A program made the position numbers and the translations under genes. DNA of 33,720 bases, from IMG/VR virus record IMGVR_UViG_3300025751_002411, positions 1-33,720 of that record; one strand, written 5' to 3'. The notes below the pieces were generated by a model. It saw only the letters and a list, made by a program, of their open reading frames with translations, was not told the DNA's origin and did no database searches. Below are positions 17,501-25,277 of the stretch, in pieces. The number at the start of each line of letters is the position of its first letter. Positions within the stretch are counted from its first letter, which is position 1. The DNA is from a virus (lineage: Duplodnaviria > Caudoviricetes).

Positions 17501-17964
17501 TTTTGTGTTGTTCTGTTCCATTCAAAAATACCAAATAATGAATCATTTGAATCTAACCAATAAGTGCCGTCTGCGGGTGAACCTGCAGGTGCACTTGAAT
17601 TGCCTACTAGTTCTCCTAGATCGGCATCTGCTCTAACAACGTATGCTCTGTTAGCAACGCCTAAAAATGAATAAGCAGATTGTAATCCGTATTCATTAAG
17701 TTCGTTACCATGCAATGGGTTATTAGATGAATCTGTGTAGAACGTTGGTGTACCAAACGTTTCTGTTAATTCTCTTTGTGATGTAATAAGGTAAGGTGTA
17801 CCAGCATTCGCTTGAAGCGTTCCTTGTGCTGTTCCTGTACCTGCGCCATTTGGCTTGTTAGCGGCAGTCGCTACAATAATTAGTGGAACTGTAGATGCCG
17901 CGGCTGGCGTATAAAAACTTTCGTCAATTACGCTAACTTCTACTCCTGGTGATGTAAGTGCCAT
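14566..17964 (-). CDS. gp18: Tail sheath protein (T4 gp18-like) with large inserted domains
   Basis: N-terminal LTSPGVEVSVIDES; C-terminal PWFAPAGTRRG, INP, LDRINVARL, FEPND..TR, FLVVCDETNNTP..IDRNEL, IEPVKAVEFIYI. Confidence 0.96.
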   Translation of the reverse strand: MALTSPGVEVSVIDESFYTPAAASTVPLIIVATAANKPNGAGTGTAQGTLQANAGTPYLITSQRELTETFGTPTFYTDSSNNPLHGNELNEYGLQSAYSFLGVANRAYVVRADADLGELVGNSSAPAGSPADGTYWLDSNDSLFGIFEWNRTTQKFTNKVPLVLNSVTQLVGDVASGDPKASVGAKGDYAVVTARTSNDAYYKNADNQWVKVGSTTSSNIAAATGSQSTFTSDSWSSSWPAIVGTVSNPTLNNGQGLIINGTSVTLSGTTNSALAQAINGAAITGVGAKVTSTGVLEIYTDGTSSSDGTTDDGAIIIEDLGGGTLKADAGITATYYPSPATQISRHSSVPTWKSTDTVTVAGTARSGIRPSGSVWFKTTTPNLGANLKLQVWNNSLGVWSTVSSPIYGTREEAVKEIDSTGGTLIPAGTVFANANYTGRSTTNDSTTGVEKLVNFKLYRRVTSSPTTVTGTEQGANPTVTANPGYNTMSIAETVAGSSVFSTAKTVTVSGTTVEDIASAISAAGFTNISASVSNGYLTISHALGGEIKITDANGILATAGFTTWSRSNAGVESGTQNYYAAGSDNDHGIVISNWKPLVYEASDNAPTAVPVDGTLWYDTTLDAVDIMVHDGSKWVGYLNYGPTAGATDPAGPIVSATAPAKTGGQSDGTDLVEGDIWVSTANVDEYGAKIYRWDNNATEWVAIDVTDQTTEDGILFADARYGASGATGDTAATIKDLLSSNYVDPDAPDPALYPRGMLLWNTRRSGFNVKKFVAGHIDITANSGKNTRYLNESMASYKTNRWIGWNTTKEDGSGLFGRKAQRQTVVAALQSAVDTNDLLRDEETRNFTLLSAPGYPELTNNLINLNVDRGLTGFVVADTPFRLQPTATALQNWGNNTASASGDGEEGAVSYDEYMAMFYPSGLTTDVSGNNIVVPPSHMMLRTIAISDAVSFPWFAPAGTRRGGITNASSVGYIDSEGEFNAIALNDGIRDTMAGVKINPLTFITGSGLVNFGQYTRARNASSLDRINVARLVAYLRRQMTLLAKPFMFEPNDKITRDEIKQATESLLLELVGQRALYDFLVVCDETNNTPSRIDRNELYVDVAIEPVKAVEFIYIPLRLKNTGEIATLGNS

Positions 17965-17994
17965 CTTGTTACTCCTTTTTTAAGTTCTTAAACA

Positions 17995-18000
17995 TATTTA
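17995..18000 (-). promoter_or_regulatory. Late promoter core TAAATA upstream of sheath, leadered with SD
   Basis: GCTAAATA...AAAGGAGTAACAAG-ATG. Confidence 0.6.
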
Positions 18001-18059
18001 GCCACGATAACCAAAAATGCGGTATTATATACAGCGAAAAAGGTAGGGAAAAGGGCGGG

Positions 18060-18065
18060 TAAATA
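18060..18065 (+). promoter_or_regulatory. Late promoter core TAAATA 5 nt before ATG
   Basis: GGTAAATA-CAATT-ATG. Confidence 0.62.
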
Positions 18066-18070
18066 CAATT

Positions 18071-18409
18071 ATGAGCAGACCATTATGTAAAACGTGCAAA
18101 TCTAGACCCTGTGCAGTAAACTACAAAAAGGGTCGTACAACCTATTACAGATCTAAGTGTGAACAGTGTGCTAGAGGTAGAACACCAAGCATACCACTAT
18201 GGTATCAAATTGGTTACCGACAAAAGGACAAGTGTGATAAGTGTGGGTTTACAAGCAAACACACAGAACAGTTTGCAGTATATCATATAGACGGAAAATT
18301 AACAAACTGTAGGCATAGCAATCTTAAAACAGTTTGTGCTAACTGTCAACGCATACTACACAAAGAAGGATTTACTTGGAAACAAGGTGACTTAACACCC
18401 GATTTTTAA
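18071..18409 (+). CDS. Zn-binding HNH-like protein
   Basis: Four CxxC pairs; AVYHIDGKLTNCRHSNLKTVCANCQRILH resembles HNH beta-beta-alpha-metal motif. Confidence 0.7.
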   Translation: MSRPLCKTCKSRPCAVNYKKGRTTYYRSKCEQCARGRTPSIPLWYQIGYRQKDKCDKCGFTSKHTEQFAVYHIDGKLTNCRHSNLKTVCANCQRILHKEGFTWKQGDLTPDF

Positions 18410-19022
18410 GAAACTCAACACTACTGTCGTTCTCAATAACAGCATCAAAGTCCACGTTTGCCCATGCCCATTCTGATACGTGTACTTGGGGATATTTGTC
18501 CTCCATTTTACGTGATACAACAATACCTTTTGATTCTTTTTGAGCGGCTTTTTGACGCATTTCTGTTTGTGCTGTTTCCCACCATTCAGGTTCTTGGCCA
18601 CGTTTAACACGCCATAGTTTACCACCAATAGAACGTATCATTTCTGCTTCGTTTTCAAAACGAACATCAGGAATAACAAAGTCTGTTTCAGGATGTGCAA
18701 GTAATTGCTGTTTTACCAGGCTTACCCATATACCATCATAGAAGCCATTACGCATACAATCTGTACCAAACAGTTGTAGTACTAGTCTAGGAGTTACAGG
18801 TTTACCAAGTTCTGTACTCCAGTAAGGATCCACTTTTTCACGCCAAGCACGTGAGTCATCTGTATTGCCTTCTAGCATTTCTCGATCCCAACCGAATACA
18901 CTGGCAACACCGTCCTTAAGTTTATCTGCAAATGATATTTTTGTAAAGCCTCTTTGCTCTACCAAGAAGTCTGCCACGGTTCCTTTACCTGAACCAATTA
19001 ACCCACAAATACCAATTATCAT
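18372..19022 (-). CDS. gp1: Deoxynucleoside monophosphate kinase (T4 gp1-like)
   Basis: IIGICGLIGSGKGTVA P-loop, SFADKLK, TPRLVLQLFGTD, VIPDVRFENE, HVSE; start at 19022 downstream of a sigma70 promoter. Confidence 0.92.
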   Translation of the reverse strand: MIIGICGLIGSGKGTVADFLVEQRGFTKISFADKLKDGVASVFGWDREMLEGNTDDSRAWREKVDPYWSTELGKPVTPRLVLQLFGTDCMRNGFYDGIWVSLVKQQLLAHPETDFVIPDVRFENEAEMIRSIGGKLWRVKRGQEPEWWETAQTEMRQKAAQKESKGIVVSRKMEDKYPQVHVSEWAWANVDFDAVIENDSSVEFLKNRVLSHLVSK

Positions 19023-19051
19023 AAAAGATCCTTTCGAAAAAGTATCCTTAA

Positions 19052-19080
19052 ATTGTATAGTCATTAATGTGGAAAGTCAA
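19052..19080 (-). promoter_or_regulatory. Sigma70-type promoter for dNMP kinase
   Basis: TTGACT-17 nt-TACAAT (19080-19075; 19057-19052). Confidence 0.78.
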
Positions 19081-19087
19081 GAGGTTT

Positions 19088-19846
19088 TTAGCCAATTACG
19101 AAAGATAATGGTTTAGATCCATCTACGTAATTCGACAATTCCATTTCCAGTTTCTCCATTTCGGCTGTGGCATCTGCTTTAAGTGCATCACCATTTAGTG
19201 AAGTTCCGCCCTGAGGTGTTGAAATTGTAGCAAACTTACCTCTTGCTTCGCCTAGCATGTATTTGCTTACCGCTAGTGTATAATCTTTTAACCACTGTCC
19301 TGCATATGGATCGGATAGTAAATTAAAGTCCGGGCGTTGATTATAAATTTGCATAAGAATTTGTTCATCACTTCTAGGACGTTGCATAATGGTTAGTTTT
19401 TTAGTAACAGGCTCAAATTTAAAGTTAATAAAACTACCAAACATTTTACCTACTAGTTCCTGATATCCAGCAAAAGCATAGTAAGTTGAAAGTCCGCCCA
19501 TTTGTGTTGAACTTAAAAGATATGTATTTGTGTATGCCAAGTTGAACGGTTCAAATAATGTACCACCATCTCCGCCACCTGATCTAGATCCAATTGAACG
19601 TCTAAACAGTTCTCTAACTTCCATTACTTCGTTTGGAAGAATGTAATCATTGGTATCTTCCTGTAATTGTAGTATAGCATAACTTTCTTCTACGGCATTT
19701 TCAGCACGTTGTCTGTATTTGCCCAATGCTTTTTCAAGTGCTACTTCGTAATGATTTGGATCAAGTTCGACATCAATCATGCCATCACCTAGCATAGTGC
19801 GGACATAGTTAAAAATTTGTTGCTTTTTGTTGTCTAGATCACTCAT
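19088..19846 (-). CDS. gp13: Neck protein (T4 gp13-like head-tail adaptor)
   Basis: YVRTMLGDGMIDVEL, WLKDYTLAVSKYMLGEARGKF, PQGGTSLNGDAL, C-terminal PLSFVIG. Confidence 0.88.
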   Translation of the reverse strand: MSDLDNKKQQIFNYVRTMLGDGMIDVELDPNHYEVALEKALGKYRQRAENAVEESYAILQLQEDTNDYILPNEVMEVRELFRRSIGSRSGGGDGGTLFEPFNLAYTNTYLLSSTQMGGLSTYYAFAGYQELVGKMFGSFINFKFEPVTKKLTIMQRPRSDEQILMQIYNQRPDFNLLSDPYAGQWLKDYTLAVSKYMLGEARGKFATISTPQGGTSLNGDALKADATAEMEKLEMELSNYVDGSKPLSFVIG

Positions 19847-19867
19847 ATAAGTTTCCTTTGTTAAACA

Positions 19868-19884
19868 TATTTATTCAATAAATA
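19868..19884. promoter_or_regulatory. Back-to-back divergent late promoter cores for gp13 (-) and gp14 (+)
   Basis: TATTTA-TTCAA-TAAATA inverted pair in a 46-nt intergenic gap. Confidence 0.65.
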
Positions 19885-19892
19885 CTATTACG

Positions 19893-21041
19893 ATGCCAAG
19901 ATTAAGTTTATATAAACCAGAGAAATCCGCTGATTATCGCTTTATTGACAAGAATGTTAATGAAGCATTTCAGGTCGGCGGTACTGACATATTCATACAC
20001 AAATACCTAGGGCCAGTTGACCCAGGAGTGGATAAAAGCACTCCTAGCCAACCCTATGGTACAAATGACATACCAGAGACAAAAATACAGGATCTGCTGT
20101 TTTTAGAAAACAGGGATAGAAAGTATTCCGATGATGTGTATGTAATTAGAGGAATTTACAACGTACAGGACTTGGATTTTGATCTAAGTCAATTTGGTAT
20201 GTTTTTACAGAATGATACCATATTTGTTACTTTCCATATTAATTCCAGTGTAGAAGCATTGGGAAGAAAACTAATGAGTGGTGATGTTTTAGAACTTCCA
20301 CATCTAAAAGACGAATACGCACTTAATGATTTCAAGGTGGCATTAAAACGCTATTATGTAATCGAAGACGTAAACAGAAGTGCAGAAGGATTTTCACAAA
20401 CTTGGTACCCACACTTATATAGATGTAAGTGTAAACCAATTATGGACAGCCAAGAATTTAAAGAAATATTTGATAAGGATTCAGGCGAAGGAACAGGTAG
20501 CACTGTTAGAGATGTTCTTAGTACATACGAAAAAGAAATGCAAATTAATCAAGCAATTCTTAATCAAGCAAACGAAGATATCACAGGCGATGCTAATACT
20601 CCTGTAAAAGCAGGATATGAAACTAAACAATACTTTGTTGTTCCAACTGATGCAGAAGGAAATGTTGCTATTAATGATGATGGTTCAAGTAGACCTACAT
20701 TAAAAACCCCAACACAAAACTTTTATGTTGGCTATCTTACAGACGATGGTGTTCCACCAAACGGTGCGCCATACGGGTTTGGTGCTCAATTCCCTCAAAG
20801 TGCTACAGAAGGAGAATTTTATTTGAGAACAGATTATTTTCCTAACAGATTGTTTAGATATAACGGAAAACGTTGGGTTAAATTTGAAGATAATTTAAGG
20901 GTTGAACCTGCAACAAGCGACAATGCTAAAAGTCAAGTTGGAACGTTTGTTAATAACACCAATACTAACACAATTGGTGGCAAAACGGTTAATGAAAAGC
21001 AATCATTGTCACAGGCACTTAAACCTAAGGCGGATAATTAA
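19893..21041 (+). CDS. gp14: Neck/head-closure protein (T4 gp14-like) with C-terminal extension
   Basis: DLLFLENRDRKY, DLSQFGMFLQND, GDVLELPH, PHLYRCKC; context between gp13 and gp15. Confidence 0.7.
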   Translation: MPRLSLYKPEKSADYRFIDKNVNEAFQVGGTDIFIHKYLGPVDPGVDKSTPSQPYGTNDIPETKIQDLLFLENRDRKYSDDVYVIRGIYNVQDLDFDLSQFGMFLQNDTIFVTFHINSSVEALGRKLMSGDVLELPHLKDEYALNDFKVALKRYYVIEDVNRSAEGFSQTWYPHLYRCKCKPIMDSQEFKEIFDKDSGEGTGSTVRDVLSTYEKEMQINQAILNQANEDITGDANTPVKAGYETKQYFVVPTDAEGNVAINDDGSSRPTLKTPTQNFYVGYLTDDGVPPNGAPYGFGAQFPQSATEGEFYLRTDYFPNRLFRYNGKRWVKFEDNLRVEPATSDNAKSQVGTFVNNTNTNTIGGKTVNEKQSLSQALKPKADN

Positions 21042-21193
21042 TGAGACTGCGTGAGTTTTGGGGTATACCAATAGACGGAACAGAAAAAGTTGTAGGACTA
21101 AAGAAGATTACAAAAAAAGGTAAAACTTATTATGCTCCAGCACATAATAATCCAAGACGTTACAACGATAAGAATACAAAGGTTAAACAGTAA
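21041..21193 (+). CDS. Small basic hypothetical protein (50 aa), not in ORF track
   Basis: MRLREFWGIPIDGTEKVVGLKKITKKGKTYYAPAHNNPRRYNDKNTKVKQ; TAATG overlaps with both flanking genes. Confidence 0.75.
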   Translation: MRLREFWGIPIDGTEKVVGLKKITKKGKTYYAPAHNNPRRYNDKNTKVKQ

Positions 21194-22620
21194 TGCAACA
21201 TTTTTATGATGGACAGATTAGAAGATTTGTAACACAGTTTATTCGTGTTATGAGTAACTTTAGTTACAAGGATAGTGCAGGAACACTACGAAAAGTTCCA
21301 GCAACCTATGGTAATCTAACACGTCAAGTTGCACATATCATTAGAGACAATTCAGAAAACAAAGTTATTAGTGCTCCAAGGGTGAGTTGTTATATTACAG
21401 GATTAGATTACGCTAGAGATAGAGTACAAAATCCAACACACGTTTCAAAGATTCATTTACGTGAAAGAGATTTTGACGAAACAACACAGCAATATACCGA
21501 TGGACAAGGACCTGGCTATACCGTAGAAAGGTTAATGCCTGTACCATTTAATTTGCAAATGAAATGTGATGTTTGGTCAACAAATACAGATCAAAAATTA
21601 CAATTAATGGAACAGATGCTTGTACTATTCAATCCTAGTTTAGAAATACAAAGTACAGCAAACTATATTGATTGGACTAGTTTAAGTTTAATCGAATTAG
21701 CAAATGTTAACTTTAGCACAAGAACTATTCCTCAGGGTGTTGATACAGAAATTGATATCGGCGAACTTACGTTTACAATGCCTATATGGTTAACTCCACC
21801 TGCTAAGATTAAGCAGTTGGGAGTAATTGAAAAAATTGTGATGAGTGTATTTGATGAAACAGGAAGTATTAGCGACGGAATTATAGATGCCGCAGTACCA
21901 ATTGCAACAGTTAATGTTACACCAGGAAATTTTGGATTGTTGGTGCTAAACAATACTGCTAAATTGCTTTCTCCAGGAGAAGGTGTAAATGAACCAACAG
22001 CAGGAGAGTTTACTAGAACCGGAGAAGCGGTAAGTTGGTATAAACTGTTGGATCAATATCCGGGTAAATTTCGAGCAGGTTTATCAACTGTAAGATTAGC
22101 AAAAGAAGACGGTAGTGAAATTGTAGCAACTGCAAGTGTAAATCCAACAGATGATTCACAAATAGTTTTAAGTTTTGATAGTGATACAGTCCCCGAAAAT
22201 ACAATTTTAAGCGACAGCATTGCTAGTAGAGGAACAGTAGATGCTATTATTGATCCGCTAACATTTAACCCTGGCACTAATTCATTAACAGCAGGAACAA
22301 GATATCTAATTTTAAATGATATTCATGAGCATCTTAAAAATGATAGCAGTGATGCTAATATGAATGCTTGGCAAAATGCCAACGGAACAGTATTGCAAGC
22401 AGGTGCTAATGACATTATTACCTGGAATGGCTCAAATTGGGAAATAACTTTTGATGCTAGTGCAAACGACGAACGTGCCGATTCTAGTCAGGCACAAGAT
22501 CCTGTCTACATAACTAATACATACACAGGGGTACAGTACAAATATACTAATAGTGCTGGAACTTGGTTAAAAAGTTATGAAGGTGAATATTTAAAAGGAT
22601 CATGGAGACTAGTACTTTAA
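21193..22620 (+). CDS. gp15: Tail sheath stabiliser/terminator (T4 gp15-like) with C-terminal extension
   Basis: HFYDGQIRRFVTQF, KVPATYG, MPVPFNL, QKLQLMEQMLVLFNPSL, LTFTMPIWL. Confidence 0.85.
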   Translation: MQHFYDGQIRRFVTQFIRVMSNFSYKDSAGTLRKVPATYGNLTRQVAHIIRDNSENKVISAPRVSCYITGLDYARDRVQNPTHVSKIHLRERDFDETTQQYTDGQGPGYTVERLMPVPFNLQMKCDVWSTNTDQKLQLMEQMLVLFNPSLEIQSTANYIDWTSLSLIELANVNFSTRTIPQGVDTEIDIGELTFTMPIWLTPPAKIKQLGVIEKIVMSVFDETGSISDGIIDAAVPIATVNVTPGNFGLLVLNNTAKLLSPGEGVNEPTAGEFTRTGEAVSWYKLLDQYPGKFRAGLSTVRLAKEDGSEIVATASVNPTDDSQIVLSFDSDTVPENTILSDSIASRGTVDAIIDPLTFNPGTNSLTAGTRYLILNDIHEHLKNDSSDANMNAWQNANGTVLQAGANDIITWNGSNWEITFDASANDERADSSQAQDPVYITNTYTGVQYKYTNSAGTWLKSYEGEYLKGSWRLVL

Positions 22621-23051
22621 AAAAAGATCGAAACATTGTTTGTAGTGGTGCACTATTTTATGCACGTAATACCAAACGATTTTTATTCCTAGAACGTACA
22701 AAAACAAAGACAGCCGGGCAATGGGGTCTTGTTGGAGGTATGGCAGAAGGAAATGAAACTCCTTGGAAAGCACTAGAACGTGAAATTTCAGAAGAAGTTG
22801 GTAAAACGCCACCTATTAAAAAAGTTATTCCTTTAGAAATGTTTACATCAAATGATAGTAAATTTTTCTTTCATACATACCTTGCTATTGTTGATAGCGA
22901 ATTTATTCCTACACTAAACGGCGAACATAGTGGGTATGCTTGGACTAATGTAAACTGTTGGCCAAAACCTTTGCACGTAGGATTACGTAATACACTTCAA
23001 AACAAATCAATAAAAGACAAATTACAAACTGTACTGGATTTATTAGTATGA
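22602..23051 (+). CDS. Nudix hydrolase
   Basis: Nudix box GMAEGNETPWKALEREISEEVG; LNGEHSGYAW. Confidence 0.9.
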   Translation: METSTLKKDRNIVCSGALFYARNTKRFLFLERTKTKTAGQWGLVGGMAEGNETPWKALEREISEEVGKTPPIKKVIPLEMFTSNDSKFFFHTYLAIVDSEFIPTLNGEHSGYAWTNVNCWPKPLHVGLRNTLQNKSIKDKLQTVLDLLV

Positions 23052-23269
23052 GTTGGTTTGCTGACTTGTTTGGCGAAAAATTCGAAAACAAACTTTCTAA
23101 ATTAAAAGCCGATATTTTATGCAACGAAGAAGAGCATAAAGCAAGGGTTGAAACTTGTTTAAAATGCGAACACTATAGCAAAGAAATGCAAATGTGTAAA
23201 CAGTGTTGGTGCATTGTACCTTTAAAAACAAAGGTAAAAGGATTTCATTGTCCCGTTAATAAATGGTGA
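23048..23269 (+). CDS. Small Cys-rich metal-binding protein (DUF6171-like pattern)
   Basis: R..TCLKC..MCKQCWC..K..CPVNKW; ATGA overlap with Nudix gene. Confidence 0.7.
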   Translation: MSWFADLFGEKFENKLSKLKADILCNEEEHKARVETCLKCEHYSKEMQMCKQCWCIVPLKTKVKGFHCPVNKW

Positions 23270-23769
23270 TTATATTTTTGTTCACCATCTATAATATTAC
23301 TAATAAAGTTTTTATTTTCAAAATCAATTAAAACATTTTGTGTTTTTGTAATAAACATATCTTCATTGTTTAAATTAATTAAACTAAATGTTTTTCTAGT
23401 AGTAAAGTGGTTGGCATCTATTTCAAATATTAATTGATTATCATCGTTGTCAATTAATAAATCAGGTATTTCAACGTTACCAATTAATTGTTTAGTTGGA
23501 AAAACTTTATTAATATCACGTGTTTTCCCCCATTCTAGCATAGACTTTGACTGTACAATAAAATAAAAACAGTCTGGAAATTTTGATGTTAAATCTGGTA
23601 TTGTGTCTGGGTGCAACATATTAAGATTTTTATACACAAATCTTTCTTTTGCATTTTTCCAACATATTACAGAATGCCATTCAACTTTATGATTGAAAAA
23701 AGAATCAATTTTCTTTCTCCATTCATTTAAATCATCTACATTCCACGTGCCGATCCAATCACTAATCAT
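23245..23769 (-). CDS. Hypothetical protein
   Basis: ATG 23769 overlaps halogenase stop (ATGA); no motif recognised. Confidence 0.6.
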   Translation of the reverse strand: MISDWIGTWNVDDLNEWRKKIDSFFNHKVEWHSVICWKNAKERFVYKNLNMLHPDTIPDLTSKFPDCFYFIVQSKSMLEWGKTRDINKVFPTKQLIGNVEIPDLLIDNDDNQLIFEIDANHFTTRKTFSLINLNNEDMFITKTQNVLIDFENKNFISNIIDGEQKYNHHLLTGQ

Positions 23770-25277
23770 TTGTACCAATCTCTCAAATATAATGCATGAT
23801 TAGGAAAGGCTTGTAACTGTGCATCTGTTTTTGTTTTGTAGAGATTGTAGGATAATTCACCGTACTTTTTAACAGCATCTGTTATTTCTAAATTAGTATC
23901 ATCATAGAATCCCATTAGGAATAACAATTCAAACCATTGCCCTACATGAAACATATCAAAGTACCCTTTCATATGTAGTGCAGGAGGAGGTGCTGGTTTA
24001 AACATTCTATAAATTTTTTCTACGCCAGGTGGTTGTTTAATACTATGCACATCTTTCCAAAATTCGGTATCGTTTCTATGACATAGATCATAGTGTATGA
24101 AGATAAAATTATGTATTTCGTCAATCATAGTTTCAAATTCTCTACTGAGATATTCTCTGCTATCATTGTTATACATTCCATTTTTTTGTAATATTATTCT
24201 AGTTAGATTTTGTACTGCCTTTGTTGTAAATGTAATACCTGTTGCTTCTAAAGGCTCAACAAATCCTGCACTTAGTCCAACAGCATAAACATTTTTTACG
24301 GCAATATTTTTGTGTTTTCCTATTTTCATGTGCAAATGATTTGCTTGTGCATCGTGTTCACCTATAGCATCACGTAGTTGTTGTTCTGCTTGTTCGGGTG
24401 TACAGTGTTTACTTGAATAAACATAGCCATTACCAATTCTACTCCATGTAGGTATTTGCCAACGCCAACCACTATCCATTGTTATTGCTTTGGTGTAAGG
24501 GTGCATTGCTTCGCGTCTGTTTGCATTATATTCTTTAGGTAATGCAACTGCTCTGTCACAAATAAGAGTATCTTTAAAACTTATAAAAGGCTCGTGTAGT
24601 GTTTCTTCTAACAGCATACTTTTAAAACCTGTACAATCTATATACAAGTCTGCTGTAAGTGTGCCGTTGTTTTTTGTTTCTAATCCTGTAATACCAGTAT
24701 CGTCGGCGTTTACTTTAACTACTTCGTCGTCATAATATTCTAGTTTATCTTTACAAGAGCGTTTAAGTGTTTCTGTAATTTTATCCGCTCTAAAATGTAC
24801 TGCGTCCCAACTTTGTCCGTTAAGTCCGTATGTAAAATCTAATCTTGGATCGTCTAATTTTGGAGATTTATTATTACGTGCAAGTTGATAACTTGGAATC
24901 CAATCAACAAATTCTTGTTTTGTTTTCTTTGTACCTAGTATGTAATCATGCATCATTACACCGTTACCTAATACCGCGGTATCGCTGGTATCATTGTCTA
25001 CAAATATAGGTACATCTGCCCAACCTTCAAGTTCAACTCCAAGTTTGTAAGTGCTGTCACACCCTTTCATCCAATCTTCAGGCTTTAATCCACACTCATA
25101 TAAAAATGCTGTAGTAAAAGGTTGCGTTCCTTCTCCAACACCAATAGTACCTATCTTGGTACTTTCTATAAGTGTAATTTTTACTTGTGGGGGTAAGTTG
25201 TATGTTAAATGACTTGCAGTAAGCCAACCACTTGTACCACCGCCTAGTATACAGATACTATTGATTACTTTATCCAT
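23766..25277 (-). CDS. Flavin-dependent halogenase (tryptophan halogenase/PrnA family)
   Basis: LGGGTSGW FAD motif, IGVGEGT, STYKLGV catalytic-Lys motif, YIDCTGF, GWRWQIP (WxWxIP), GFVEPLEATG. Confidence 0.92.
   Translation of the reverse strand: MDKVINSICILGGGTSGWLTASHLTYNLPPQVKITLIESTKIGTIGVGEGTQPFTTAFLYECGLKPEDWMKGCDSTYKLGVELEGWADVPIFVDNDTSDTAVLGNGVMMHDYILGTKKTKQEFVDWIPSYQLARNNKSPKLDDPRLDFTYGLNGQSWDAVHFRADKITETLKRSCKDKLEYYDDEVVKVNADDTGITGLETKNNGTLTADLYIDCTGFKSMLLEETLHEPFISFKDTLICDRAVALPKEYNANRREAMHPYTKAITMDSGWRWQIPTWSRIGNGYVYSSKHCTPEQAEQQLRDAIGEHDAQANHLHMKIGKHKNIAVKNVYAVGLSAGFVEPLEATGITFTTKAVQNLTRIILQKNGMYNNDSREYLSREFETMIDEIHNFIFIHYDLCHRNDTEFWKDVHSIKQPPGVEKIYRMFKPAPPPALHMKGYFDMFHVGQWFELLFLMGFYDDTNLEITDAVKKYGELSYNLYKTKTDAQLQAFPNHALYLRDWYK

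Noticed and set aside
18040-18060. G-rich tract AGGTAGGGAAAAGGGCGGG as G-quadruplex
   Set aside because: Only three GGG runs plus one GG; insufficient support
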